64,000 nt of DNA from Trichoplax sp. H2 (taxonomy: Eukaryota), in assembly GCA_003344405.1 (NCBI GenBank), contig NOWV01000122.1, forward strand, positions 124,001-188,000. Reading direction: 5' to 3'. Numbering within the stretch: position 1 is the stretch's first letter; every line of letters begins with the position of its first letter. Below the pieces are notes generated by a model. The model was not told the DNA's origin. It saw only the letters and a program-made list of their open reading frames with translations, and did not search any database. Shown piece after piece: positions 31,691-44,800 of the stretch. A program made the position numbers and the translations under genes.

Positions 31691-33002
31691 CGATTCGATA
31701 TGCCGGAAATCGGATAAACACTCGAAACGTGTTGATGTAAATTTAAAGATATTGACACCTTGACTGTATAATAATATCGAAAACTGGTAAACACTATGGA
31801 TAGAACTAAAACTTTAGTTTTATAGCACGATTAGTATATTAAGAATTGAGGTAAAAGCTTTCGATAATTAATGATGACTCGATTTCACTTTGTAACAAAT
31901 AACTAATAAAAGAGTTCGATGGAGCACTTTTCTTCTGTAATAATGCAAACGTCATTTTTATGTGATCAGAAATAAAATATTTTAATGCAAATATCGGTAA
32001 TAGAAAATTTTCAACAATGATCCAGTTTATCACTCATTAGGTGATAATATTTAAAAAACATATGATTCGACAACCACCGCCAAATATAATAATGATTCAC
32101 AGATACTACGATGTTTCTGGTGTTACAGCTATAGTATATAATAATGGCATAATATCTAATATCGTCAGTGAACAAAGTCTACATCCTGGACATCAGGGAT
32201 GCAGGAATAAAAGATAAACCTGTAAACGAGAACTCTTAGATCAATGATTACTATAATTACCAGAATAAAATGATCACCCTAAGCTATTATTGAATTATGT
32301 GGAGAATAATGCAATTGCAAGTTATCGATTGAATTTTTATTACTACATGATACTTACATGCTACCTATGTACGCGTATTCATATCAGCTAACAATCTATA
32401 CCACATATTGAAAGCCATCATGCATAACTGAAACTTTGCTATTACTGATTCACTTTTCTGCCATGAAGGAAATACTACTGATGATCGTAGTAAGAAAATT
32501 TATTTTTTATACTGTACGCGCATATCAACTGTCAAAATAATATAATCATACCATTGAGTCAAGGCACTGACTAACCACTACAAAATATCAGCGATATTTT
32601 TGTACTGTACTTGGGTAAAAAATCGTGCCATGATATTAGCATTTGAAGGATATGCTTAGTTGTGTAGGATGAAAGTTATTTGAAATCATAAAAATACATC
32701 TTAACCTATTTATCATCCAGCATGAAACAATCTTAAATCTTAGTGTGATCTTTATCTTACATTCTATAATTTTAATCCAACCCTTCGGCTTTAAATCGTA
32801 TTATAAGTTATGACATAGAATTGATTAAAGAAATTAACAAGTATTAAACAAATAGTAGTCAATTAGACAATATATATCATCTTGTCGCTGATCTCTTATG
32901 TTGCCGCAAATATCCTGGTTAAATTGATTTACTGGATTGGCTTCATAAACGATCTAGATTTTCATCCTTTAGTCATCTTTGTTTTCATTATGACTAATCT
33001 TC

Positions 33003-36000
33003 TTAATCAGTAGAATATTCTCTTACAACCGATTTAGAACAACGATGTGACCAAGCATTCTGAAACAAACAATTCATCATTACATCTGGAATTACCCCTT
33101 CGATTAAATTTCAAAGCGCATTTCTTGCGATCAATTAATGAGGTATCAAATAGCTAGAAAGATTAGAGTTACTTTCAGGGTGTAAGGTAATGGTTAATAA
33201 TCATATACAGTATAACGATAATATTGCGACTATGTGGTACTACTCGACACAATTATGCATCCTAAGATGCCAAAATGCTAACCCGTAAATCTGCTAAATT
33301 TAGGTGTTTAAATGTTTCTTTGTCCATACTAAATACAATGGCATTCCCAGCACCTACATGAAAATATTAACATCGATTAGCTTATCTTCATAAGGGGAAA
33401 GTACCGGTACGCAAGCAAGATTGAACAATATTTTAATATAAAAAGACTTTAACCTTTTAAACTTGAGGAAACAATTTGTAATAGGTAAAGGGTAAAGCTC
33501 GCATTATCTGGTTGAACAGTATTTTGTATCCTATTAATTGTATCTTAATATTAGAAAATACCCTACAGAGCTAATGCTTAGCAAAATCAGAGGCTACTGA
33601 AAAATAGAGAGGAGCTGAATTTCATCGTTATAAATAAATAAAAAATGCTGCATTTTTTAATCCCTGCAAAGGTTAATATAGTTACCGATTTACTAGTGGG
33701 AAAATACTAAGTAACAAATATACCAATGGGTACGCCATCAGTGGCTTTACATTTTCTCGCATGAGTTCCTATTTAGTCGACAGAGACAAAAATTGCTAGC
33801 AATCATTAAAAGACTTTATATATCCATAGCAATATGTTGTATAGATACTCTAATAAACGTGATATAATCATGATGCAAGTAAATTATCAATCAGACTGTA
33901 ATCTAAATAATTAACATCAAATTAACTGACTCTTTCTCTTTCGTGGCAACCCGTCCACATGCTAGTCTAGCAATGAAAATAAAATACCATTCTATAAATT
34001 ATTCGTCCCAACCGGCTTCATATATGCGTATTTTAAATCAACTAACACAATTTTGAACACATATTTACCTGTTTTCTAACATACTTAAAGATATAAAAAT
34101 ATACCAAAAATAGTACGAAAATGATCAAGAATCTGGGGCCATACCAGCTATTGGGTCATAAAATTGAAAATAAGTAAACTGTTATCATTACAATCATATA
34201 GCAGCAAGATTTGCTTAAAACTTTTCAAATCTAACATTGCAAAACGCCAGGCAGGGTCATTTTCTATCCAGCTAATTTTAAGTTAAGGATAATAAAAAGG
34301 ATAAAAATAAATTCGAATGCACTAATGCAGGACGTGTATAAGAAAAGCACTGAAAGACCTACATGTATACGAGTATAGGACCTGTACTATAAAATTTTAA
34401 AGTATATTTACTTACCACCATACGCCAGCTGGTCCATACTTATTACTCGAGAAAGGTATTACACTTATGACTACGGGAATACCCCAACCAATAAGATGGT
34501 AGTAACTATGATGTAAACATGGGAAGCATAAAATTTCTTATATATTTGAAAGATATAAATATGATTCAGAATAGTAATCATGCAATGATCATCACTTTAA
34601 GAATGTAAGTTTATGAATATAAAAAAAGTAACTTCACTAAAGATGTAAACTCTTGTAGATGTGATAGAAAGTCTACTAGGGGTAATTATTTTCAAATATG
34701 TTTGCGTTAATAGAATATACATTGGCATACATTTCAAATCTTTCAGTACTTTTCTTAGCAACAGCACTCCAGTATAAATTAAAAGTTATTAATATAACCC
34801 ATAAAAGAATGGCCCACACTAGTTAATCGAAACACGAATATATGAGCATCTCAATACAATTATACAATAAATACAAATAGCAAATAGTAACAGTTAGCAT
34901 ACGTATGATAATTAATAATGACTAGGCTTGTAGATTCGTAAGTATATTTAACTTATTTAGCTAAAAATAGAAGTTGCCAGCGAGTAACTAAAAACAAAAT
35001 TTAATCAAAGCTGACTTGTTGCAACGAATAACAGGATCAAATCTAGTGAATAACGCTACTCTAGCTCTCTCTTCCCTTCTCCTTGATCTAAGTTTGCATG
35101 GCCCTAAATATTGTCTATTTTATGCAATCATACTCATGTAAAAGTTACTAATTTAAACCAGCAACATTATATAATGTTAATTAAGATTAATGTTAGTCAC
35201 TGCACTAACAGTAAAGACCATAACATCAACATCACATTACCAATATAGCAAGCATTGCAACAGTATCAATATGTATAGAATGTTGACTGGTTTTTAAAAT
35301 AAAATAACCTGAAATTCTGCGTATTTTGATAATGCAATACTTATGACAGTAAATGAACTTACCAGATATCGTTATCATGACCGCTTCAAAAGTACATTTA
35401 GGACTAGGTTCTACACTATCAGCCTATAATTAAAAGCAAATTCTGTAAGCTTACAGCAATTATGCATCGATATAATACGTATTCAATTACGAAATTTTTT
35501 CGTTTAGGAAACGCGGAGTAATATTGGTCTAAAGCTTATAGTAAAGTACAAAGCCAGCTAATATTATAATTAGATAATCAGTATGACAATTATAGGTATT
35601 ACTAACATTAAGCATTTTATCTATCAAGCGAATAGCATTATGAAGATCAACCTTCGGCAATAGATGTTATATGAGAGATAGATATCTTATAAGTGACTTT
35701 TGCTAACTAATGTTTATTTTATTTTCGTAAGATAACATACTTTGGTATTATTAAGAATGCCGCTATCTATAACGTCCATTCTTTTATAGATGAACGTATA
35801 GTTTTATGACATTATTTGAATACTGACTATTAATGTTTCTGTAGAGTTACCATAAATTAACTGATTTTGTAATGGATTTCAGGTTCAGTTCTGTCTAAGA
35901 GAGACTAGTGGTATTACTATTCCTCTTGAAGATGGGAAATCGTCAGTATTTATAGTCGTACTGTAGATAAATGTCCGGGGGGGGGGGGAAATTTTTAACA

Positions 36001-37982
36001 AACATGTAGTACTATGTATATTCTATGGAGGAAATAACTACTCACCATAAGAAAAGTAATGCTATTTATTAGGCACGCGATGCTTAGATATAAAAGTAAA
36101 CGCTGTAAATTGTAGATATTAGTACCGGCAATAATTGTTAAGGAAACAGTTGCATTATGGAAGAAGCAATTGTGATCGTAAAAAGTCTAAAAAACTTTTC
36201 AAACCTGAGCAAAGAATTGGTACTTTTTAAACAGCCAAATTAAGAAGATCATAGCGAAACTATAAATAATGAAATTTTATATCATCAGGTTTAGTATTAG
36301 TCCAAAAGAATAAGATTTCCAGTAAGAATTAATGCATATAGTGCAAAAGCTGCCATCATTAATTATGCAGTATATATATATGTTACATATATACAACTGT
36401 TCACGATTTAGTCTAAATTCATATTGATACATATATGTGCTGTATATCTAGATGGCTTTTATAAGTAACAACGGTTTTCTAATCTCAGTATTAAATGCAT
36501 ACTCTTTATTTTCAGCCTAGACCTTTTCTATTAATGTATTATGATTTCCAGCAGTCCCATTACCCCCTCCCCGTCAAATTAAAAGTTTAAAATTTCTATC
36601 AATTTAGCCATTTTGCACGAACGACATACTTGTATACTGTAAATTGTGCAGCTTTTCCACCAGTATAACTAATATTCAATCATGGAAGTAATACGTAAAC
36701 TGAAGATCACATCTGCGATATACAATTTCTGTTGCAAGAGTGCAAGGTTTTGTCCTTTATCAACGTTTTTGCTTAATTCGATACGAACTCCAAAATATAT
36801 TCAATACTTTTACTGCATGTGATCGTAGATAAAATTATGATTTAAAGATGACTTATTATCGTAAAAGCTAGAAATTACTTGGCACTTTAAGATCCTGAAG
36901 CACCTATAATGCCTTATTATCGTTTTAATTACCTTCAACAAGCACAGAAAAAAATTAGTTTTGATGGATTGTGTTATATTATCGTCATTATTATCGAAAG
37001 CATAAGCATCAAGGTCAATACAGCATTACTAACCTGCCAGCAATGGATAAAGAAGCCAAGATTCTTTTGACAAGCAAGATGTTCGTCTAAGCAAAATTAT
37101 ATTGATCTATTCAGTATTAGCTAGAATTGGATTATGTAAAGTCACGCTATTAGTATCGAGTGCAAAACTGTGGTAGTAATTATCTGTGAATATCTTTACA
37201 AACGTGATTACTATTGACAGAAACTTTGCAATCTTATATTGTATTGATTTTTATGCACAACAAACTACATACAACAATTCGTAGAAGACACTATATTAAA
37301 ATACTAAATGATAATATGTACAAATGTCACAATTTGGGTTGCGAGCGGGTCTTAGATAATTAGTCTAGCGATGCCGTCGTATACCAAGATCTCCAACTAA
37401 CTCTGTGGATCTTCGTACATAGTTCTACCTCCAGTAAATGTGCTTAATAAAAATATAACTACTTTATTATCAAGCAGTCTCACATCGAAGAACTGACAGT
37501 TATAAGAATCTTTTAAGAAGAGCTGACTAACTTGCAGTTAATCGCTCGTTCATTTATATTGTTACTCGATCTTAAAGGTTCATATCCGAGCATTATCAGA
37601 TACTATAGCTAGGCACAATTAGCGCTTTGTGAAATATTTATTAGGTGTAAATAATCATGATTTCTTCCAACAATGAATGATTACAGTCTACCATCAATTA
37701 ATCCACACAAGCTAAGATAAATAATAAGATTTAAGCACAGCTATTAGGGAGTATAGCACCGTAACAATAAGCTAATGAAAGTACACGGCCACCGAATAGA
37801 GTAATATGTGCTATTTCTATCCACTTTATTATAATATTGCCTAATATCTCGGCTCATAACCCTTTTAAATTATTTTAATGTCATTAGAATCGGGCTCTAA
37901 TTACCCATTGCATGAGAAGAAGTTGGACACTTACGCAATTACTTTCATCTCCAAGAAAGCAGCTGTAATTGGCTGGTTTCAT
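33003..37982 (-). CDS. cAMP-receptor-like 7TM GPCR (Dicty_CAR/CrlA/GPR157-type), paralog A, 14 exons
   Basis: Spliced translation: MKPANYSCFLGDESNC|TNILLVKRILASLSIAGSFAMIFLIWLFKKYQFFAQ|RLLLYLSIACL...YYHLIGWGIPVVISVIPFSSNKYGPAGVWCWIENDPAWRFAIWYGP...KPLMAYPLVYLLLSIFPLVNRIQN...NAIVFSMDKET...VVREYSTD*. The YGxAGxWCWI motif is typical of this family. Confidence 0.85.
35875..35990 (+). repeat. Diverged dispersed repeat, copy 1 (intron of GPCR A), ending in a G12 run
   Basis: ctaagagagactagt...atcgtcagtattta.agtcgt.ctg is shared with 63142-63245. Confidence 0.6.
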
Positions 37983-39107
37983 CTTTTGACTGGGTTAGCA
38001 ATTGTCAAGTTTAAAAGGCAACTGGAAAGAGAAGTGATGAAAGCTACAGATGGAAATATAGCAATAATGGCGATAAACGTTTTGATCAACGTACGCGTAT
38101 TTTTTTTTAGACAAAAATGGCCTTACGATTCACAGCTACTTAAATATATATATATTGGCTATGTCTTGTTTTATGCAGTAGATTATCGTATTATACCTGT
38201 GTTTATCTCAATTGATTATTTTTGTAGCTATGAAAATATACAAAAGTTGTTCGACTGCGCTATGTAATACAGTAGTTTCTGGGATTAAGCAGCCCGTAAT
38301 AACTATATTCGAGTAAGGTCCTGTTCTGTATATGTTACAATGATGTCAAGAAATGGGTTGATACTCCGATCATACTATTAATATTACCTCAACATATAAA
38401 TTATATTGATCTGTGAGCAATTAACGACAGATTGCAAGATTTTCTATATGCTTTAGATTCGATGATATGATCTGAGACACAGGAATATGATTAAGTATGT
38501 TACAGTGATCAGAATAAAATTATTCACTGGAAATATATTCTTATTAGCACCGACGTGTGTCACACTTTAAATAATTATATCTATGCACTAATACTCTATT
38601 ATTACTTATCCTTTCCGTTATTAAACAACTCGTATACTACTCAAGTTTGTGGTAAGATTTCATATGTATTTCAGTTTCCACTGTAATTTCGATATACGAT
38701 TGACAAGTCCCTGCAAACGATCAACATTATTGCATACTATTACAAAAATTCTTATTGCGACAGTCTGAGCTGATGGAAATATTTCGCTCCACCTAGCTTA
38801 ATTTAGGATGGAAATCACTTTGGCTAATTGTAGCCTCCAAAATATCTCATAACTCATTATTATCTAGCATGAAACCAGTTTTGATCTAAAAGTCCGATTT
38901 TATTCTAAATACTACGTTTTCAATACAACCCTCCAGTTTGATGTCGTAAAACACGTTATTACGTAAAATTAAAAGAAATTGAGAAAGAATTAAATAGGTA
39001 ACAGTCACTCAGATTGTATACATTACTAGATACGTATTTTTGACTCGTTTATAATCTTCACTAATTACAACTGAAATGTACAGGTTAAATTTATTGAGTT
39101 GATTTAG

Positions 39108-42100
39108 TTAAGCACTTGGATTTCCATCCGATAGTTCTTCATTATCTTCTAAATGGCTACTCTCATTAATAACAGGATATTCCCTCACAACCGATTTAGA
39201 ACAGCGTTGCGACCAAGCATTCTAAAATAAGTAAAATTCCACAATTTACTGTTATATCTCGTACAAACAGGCACTGTTAGGATAAAATCGCACGGTATCA
39301 AGCAGTCAGAACATTATAAGTATTGTGAAGCTAACTTATGGTTAATTCTAATAGTAATATGCATAACAACAAACAGTGAAGCTATTACTTAGCACAAATT
39401 ATACATTAAAAGTTATTAAGTGCTAACCCTTAAGTCTGCCCAATTTAAGCGATTAAATGTTTCTCTGTCCATACCAAATACAATAGCATTCACAGCGCCT
39501 AGATGAAATGTCAACATGGATCGATTTATCTTCACAGAAGGAAAAAGCTAGAGCTACGTTGAACAATTTCTTAATACAAAAATTTATTAACCTTGCAAGC
39601 TTGATGAAATAACTTGCAACAGAAAAAGAATAAAAATAGCATGGCTTGGTCTAGCAGCATTTTGTATCCTATCAATTATATCTTAATATTAGTAAAATCT
39701 ACAAAAAATGTGTTTAGTAGAATTTCATCCGTAAAAACTAGGGTAACAGTTTACTGTCCAAAATGCAAAGTCGATTTACCGATTTATTAGTGGGCATATA
39801 TTAAGTAACAAATATATGAAAGGGTACGCCATCAAAGGCCTAACTTCTTTCCGCATTAGTTCCTATTTGATTGATGGATAACAATACTTGTCATCAATAA
39901 TATATATATATATATATGTAATTGTAATACTTGGTACGTCTATGTAAAGATGTGGTAGAAGTACTCTGATAGCCTAGATACGATTACGGTAAAGCAAACT
40001 AATTTATAACAGTTTAAAACTATGCACTTGACTTACTCTATTTCTTTCTATTTCAGGATCGTAGCTACCCGTCCACCTAGTCGCCTAGAAGTGGAATTTA
40101 AACATTTTAATTTACTATTTAATTCCAAAATTTCATCACATCATTTAAATTAGGTATTATAATCCTAATCACCTGTCTTCTAATATATATAAAAATATAA
40201 AGGTATACGCAAAATAATGCGAAAATTATCAAGAACAATGGGCCATACCAACTATAATGAGATAAATTCGAAAGTTTGTAAGTTGTCATCATTTGCAATT
40301 ATACAACAGTAAAGAATTGTTTAAAGCCTAGATCTTACATAGCGAAGCGCCAGGGAGTGTTGTTTTTTATCCAGCTAGTTTTAAATTGAAGACATAATAA
40401 AAGCGACAAAAATTTGATACGTTATACAACACGTAAGTATTGACAGTTCTGCAAGTACATAGAATCTGTATGCTATGTTTTCAAAGTATATTTACTTACC
40501 ACCAAGCGCCAGCTGGTCCATACTGATTGCCAATGAATGGTAATACACTTATGACAACAGGAACACCCCAAGCAACAAGATGGTAGTAGCTACAGCGTCA
40601 TCATGTGAAACATAATAAATCCGATAAATACAAAAGTTATGGATGCACATGCGACATAGCACGATGGCTATCACTATAGGCATTGTAAGGTTGTTAATAT
40701 CTACGGAAATATCTTTGTTAATGATAGGACTGTATACAGTACACGCTGCAAAATGTATGTTAAAGTGATTCATTATTAGGCTGCATCGTATTGATAGTTA
40801 GGCAAAAAGAAACGAGTAAGAATGACATACATTTCAAATCTTTCAGTACTTTTCTTAGCTACAGCATTCCAATATAAATTGAAGGTTATTATTGTAATCC
40901 ATAAAAGTACAGCCCAGTCTAATCAAATGGAAGACATTCAAATATTTTGTAATTAATCATGAAATAATAAGCGTAATAACAAATAGCAATATTACTATAC
41001 GGTAACGACAGCATGGCAATACGTGTAGAACAGTAATACTCTCAAAATAGACTATCTGGACACATGCGAACAATAACTATGTAACTCTTGTAACTGCTAA
41101 CTTACCAAAAATCGATAGCATTACTGCTTCAAAAGTACATAAAGGACCAGCTTCTTGAATATCACCCTACCATTAAATAGAAAGAAAATAGCAATACTTT
41201 GTGAAAAACATATACATTATAATCTATAATTCATCATTTTTCCATGAGGATAACGCTGAAAGAGACTTGTCTAAAGCCTACAGTAAACTACAAAGTCGAT
41301 TAACAATACAATTTGATAATTAGTATTTACAATTCATTACGTAACTATTAACTTTACTATTGATCTTCAAGATTTATGTCCTACAAAATTCCTAATATCT
41401 AGTACTATACAATCTGGTACATGAAATTGGTACTTACCATAACATAAGATACGCTGTCCAATAACGCTGCAATGCTCAGAAACAAAAGTAATCGCTGTTG
41501 TTTAGCAAATAATGGATATTAGTAACAACAAGTACATGGTCCAAATTTCTAGTTGCACAGTAATTAAGAATAAGAAGGATTTTAAAATGTTTATCGCACC
41601 TGGGCAAAGAACTGGTGTTTATTGAATAGCCAAATCAAAAAGATCATTGCAAAGCTGTAGTATCGAAAATTTGACATAAGGTTAGTATTCATTGAAAGTT
41701 ATCACAGCACACCTGTACTACTGTACGTATGGGAGTCTAAAGCTAGTATCTTTGATTGCATTGTATAAGTTACAGTGTATCTTTGTCATTCTCATCAGCC
41801 AAAGCAGCTAGCAGATGCTAAATTGCAAACATTTACACCGCATTTTTAATCTGCCTTACTTCACAGTTAATCTATTAAAGCAATGTGATTGTTATTGGCT
41901 CCATAAACAACGATAAGGCAAACAGTTCAACAAGTCTTGCTACGCTATGGTAAAATTACAATATGCGTTTAAGCCAGAATAACAAGTGAAAAAATTTATA
42001 TGCTACTTATAGCTACCGTATGTTAGAGGAGCGGGACTTGCAGGACTACGACATACACTTTATTAACCGAATTATCACCTTATTAATTACCTGAATATCA

Positions 42101-43520
42101 TGCGTACATTTAATTCACTGTCGTTCATTATTTAATAAACTCGCACGCAATAAGGTAAGGTATAGCCGATTCTAAAATCTCACACTTGCTTTTAGTTGTT
42201 GCTTTCGGAAACATAAATATCATCATCATCATCATCATAACAAATTCAATCATCGTGACATGGCGTACCTGCCAACAATGGATATGGAGGCCAAAATTCT
42301 TTTGACAATTACGATGGTAGACTACACAAAAAACGTGAAATAAAAAGTTATACATCTCCTTAGCATTTAATTAGAACGAATTGTAGATCACTACTGCAAG
42401 CTAAGCCATTCAGTCTTTCGGTTCTCTAGATAGACATTCATTTATAAATAAACGATAAATACATTACCGAATTGGATGGCTTTATTTACAGCTATCATTA
42501 CATCAATATCGATTTATGGACACGTATACTGGGGTCATTACGTCTAGGATAAGATAATGGAGATACCAATTGCTATAGTATGATTTGTCAAACTATCGTT
42601 GCATCGTGTCATTTTCTAGTCCTTGCCTAAAATCCATCTATCCTCTCTTCTATTCCATTAATAAGCTTCGGTATCCCCAAGGCTCGACTCGAAGTTGATA
42701 TGATTATAAATTACTGCTACTGGCGTCAACTACAGAGGAAAACAGTACTGTACATAGATATGTCTATTTTTACTTTATTCCACTTGTTTTCAAAGCTTGT
42801 CATTTTCAGTTAATTGGCACCTTATCGAAAACTAATTCTTCGAAGTTCAACTCAGCAACATGTCTTGTGATAATCGTGAATTGAAAATAGAACAAAATTT
42901 TCATCAAGTCAATGTGCTATTGAACATGCTGTACAAGTTAGACTCGTTTCATTACCCCTAGAATGTAATGATACGCTGAAAGAAGCCATTTTGCCCGATT
43001 GGCTTTGAATCATATGTACTGTATACAGTTACGATAATCAATGAATCCAGTTGTGTCTATGCCGTAGACTTCAAAATAAGGAACACCCCTCCACATTGGG
43101 ATTACTAGAGTATTGGATTTGATCGATAATAATTAATCCTAGGATAGATTGATCTGTAGTACAGTAAAATTGGTTAGGTGACACCAATGATCAAGGATAC
43201 AAGAGTAATTTCTTGAATGATTTTATGTCTTCATCAAGCAAGTCAATTAGATTCCTACTGACGAGATGGGACAGTGCTTGGTTTCAACTGTACAGTATAG
43301 CACTCTAGTCTACTGTCTATTTTAATTTCTTACAGGGACACTTTGAAGTAATTTTATCGTTTTGTGTATTTTTCTTTGGATAGTAGTCTACTGGAGCTTA
43401 AAGTAGGCTGTTTAATCCATGTATAGTACTGATAGCATGCATTTTAGCCATTACACTGGATAGGATACTTACGCATTTACTTTGATCTCCTTGAAACAAG
43501 GTACAATTCATTGAAGTCAT
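39108..43520 (-). CDS. cAMP-receptor-like 7TM GPCR, paralog B, 14 exons
   Basis: MTSMNCTLFQGDQSKC|STIVIVKRILASISIVGS...YGPAGAWCWIKNNTPWRFAIWYGP...ATRWTGSYDPEIERNR...RPLMAYPFIY...NAWSQRCSKSVVREYPVINESSHLEDNEELSDGNPSA*. The exon boundaries checked match those of paralog A. Confidence 0.87.
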
Positions 43521-44054
43521 CTTGAACGATAGGCCAACTACAAGAGCACTGGAAACAACGAAAATGCCAGAGGGAGTAACAGCGCTAATGACGATGATGG
43601 ACGAGTGGATGCTTATATAATATAGGCTTTTCCAGTAATAATCAATGGAAAAGGAATACAACTACTTGACCTTATTCTCTCCAGTCGCCAACACTCGCTA
43701 ACTATTCCTAATTAGTGGGCTATGAAAATTGACAAAAATAGTGCTGACTGTCAGAAATGGCGACGCCTAATGTCCTCCTGCTGTACTGTAGTCTACACTA
43801 CAACATAGATCACCGTCTTGAAGGAAAACACCCAACGATTTTCAATTTCTTTAGCAATGGCAGACTACTGGTGGTTCATATTCAATCTACAAGTCCTCAG
43901 CTATAAGTATTTCAATCCCACTCTTGGGTTTTGCAGCGACGACGTTCAAGAAAATTGGCAATTTATGTCAACTCCGCTACACCAATATTATTCTAACCTA
44001 CCAACCGTTTTGGCGTCGGCTGCCCAACAAGATCGCAGCCCCACCCCTATTCAG

Positions 44055-44800
44055 AGTACTGTACAGTACTGTAGGTGCTGTACTGTACTGTACTGTACAC
44101 TACAGCGTACAGCTTGATCGCTCTTGGACGGACAGACATAGACCGTTCCTACTAGTCATTTTTCAATCGGTCAGAAACATCCGTCTGTCTGAGGTAAGCG
44201 AACAGTCCAGGTCTTCTACAGTAGTACTGTAGTCCATGACTGTACAGTACAGTACAGTGTACTGTACAGTATACACTATACAGTACTGTACACTGTACAG
44301 CGTACGGCTTGATCGCTCTTGGACGGACAGACATAGACCGTTCCTGCTGCCGTAGTCATTTTTCAATCGGTCAGAAACGCCCGTCTGTCTGAGGTGAGCG
44401 AACAGTCCAGGTCTTCTAGTAGTCCATGACTGTACAGTAGGCCCAGCCATAATAACCCCGATTACTCAGATACTCAGCGTAAATAGATTAAACGATGATA
44501 AATAATGTATCATCGTTTAAGCTATTTACGCTGAGTATCTGAGTAATCGGGGTTATTATGGCTGGGCCTACTGTACAGTACCGTACTGTACCGTTTGATC
44601 GCTTCTTGGACGGACAGACATAGACCGTTCCTACTACAGTATTATACAAGTAGTCATTTTTCAATATTGACGACCTCAATCGGTCAGAAACGTCCGTCTG
44701 TCCGAGGCGAGCGAACAGTCCAGGTTGTCTAGTAGTCCATGACAGTGCAGTGTACAAAATAACAAGTCCAATGCAGGACACTGGCGTGCATACTGTACAG
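44055..44800. repeat. Three tandem copies of a ~130-bp unit separated by (TACAG/CTGTA)n low-complexity spacers
   Basis: ttgatcgct(t)cttggacggacagacatagaccgttcct...aatcggtcagaaac...ccgtctgtc.gagg..agcgaacagtccagg at ~44114, 44309 and 44595. Confidence 0.92.
44435..44573. mobile_element. 139-bp fold-back MITE (Tc1/mariner-type CAGT...ACTG ends, TA target-site duplication)
   Basis: Near-perfect palindrome (2 mismatched pairs) centred at 44504 and flanked by TA at 44433-34 and 44574-75. The neighbouring repeat copy shows the empty site gtccatgactgTAcagtac. Confidence 0.8.

Noticed and set aside
37878-38267. 129-aa + strand ORF
   Set aside because: It is antisense to exon 1 of GPCR paralog A and has no recognisable motif.
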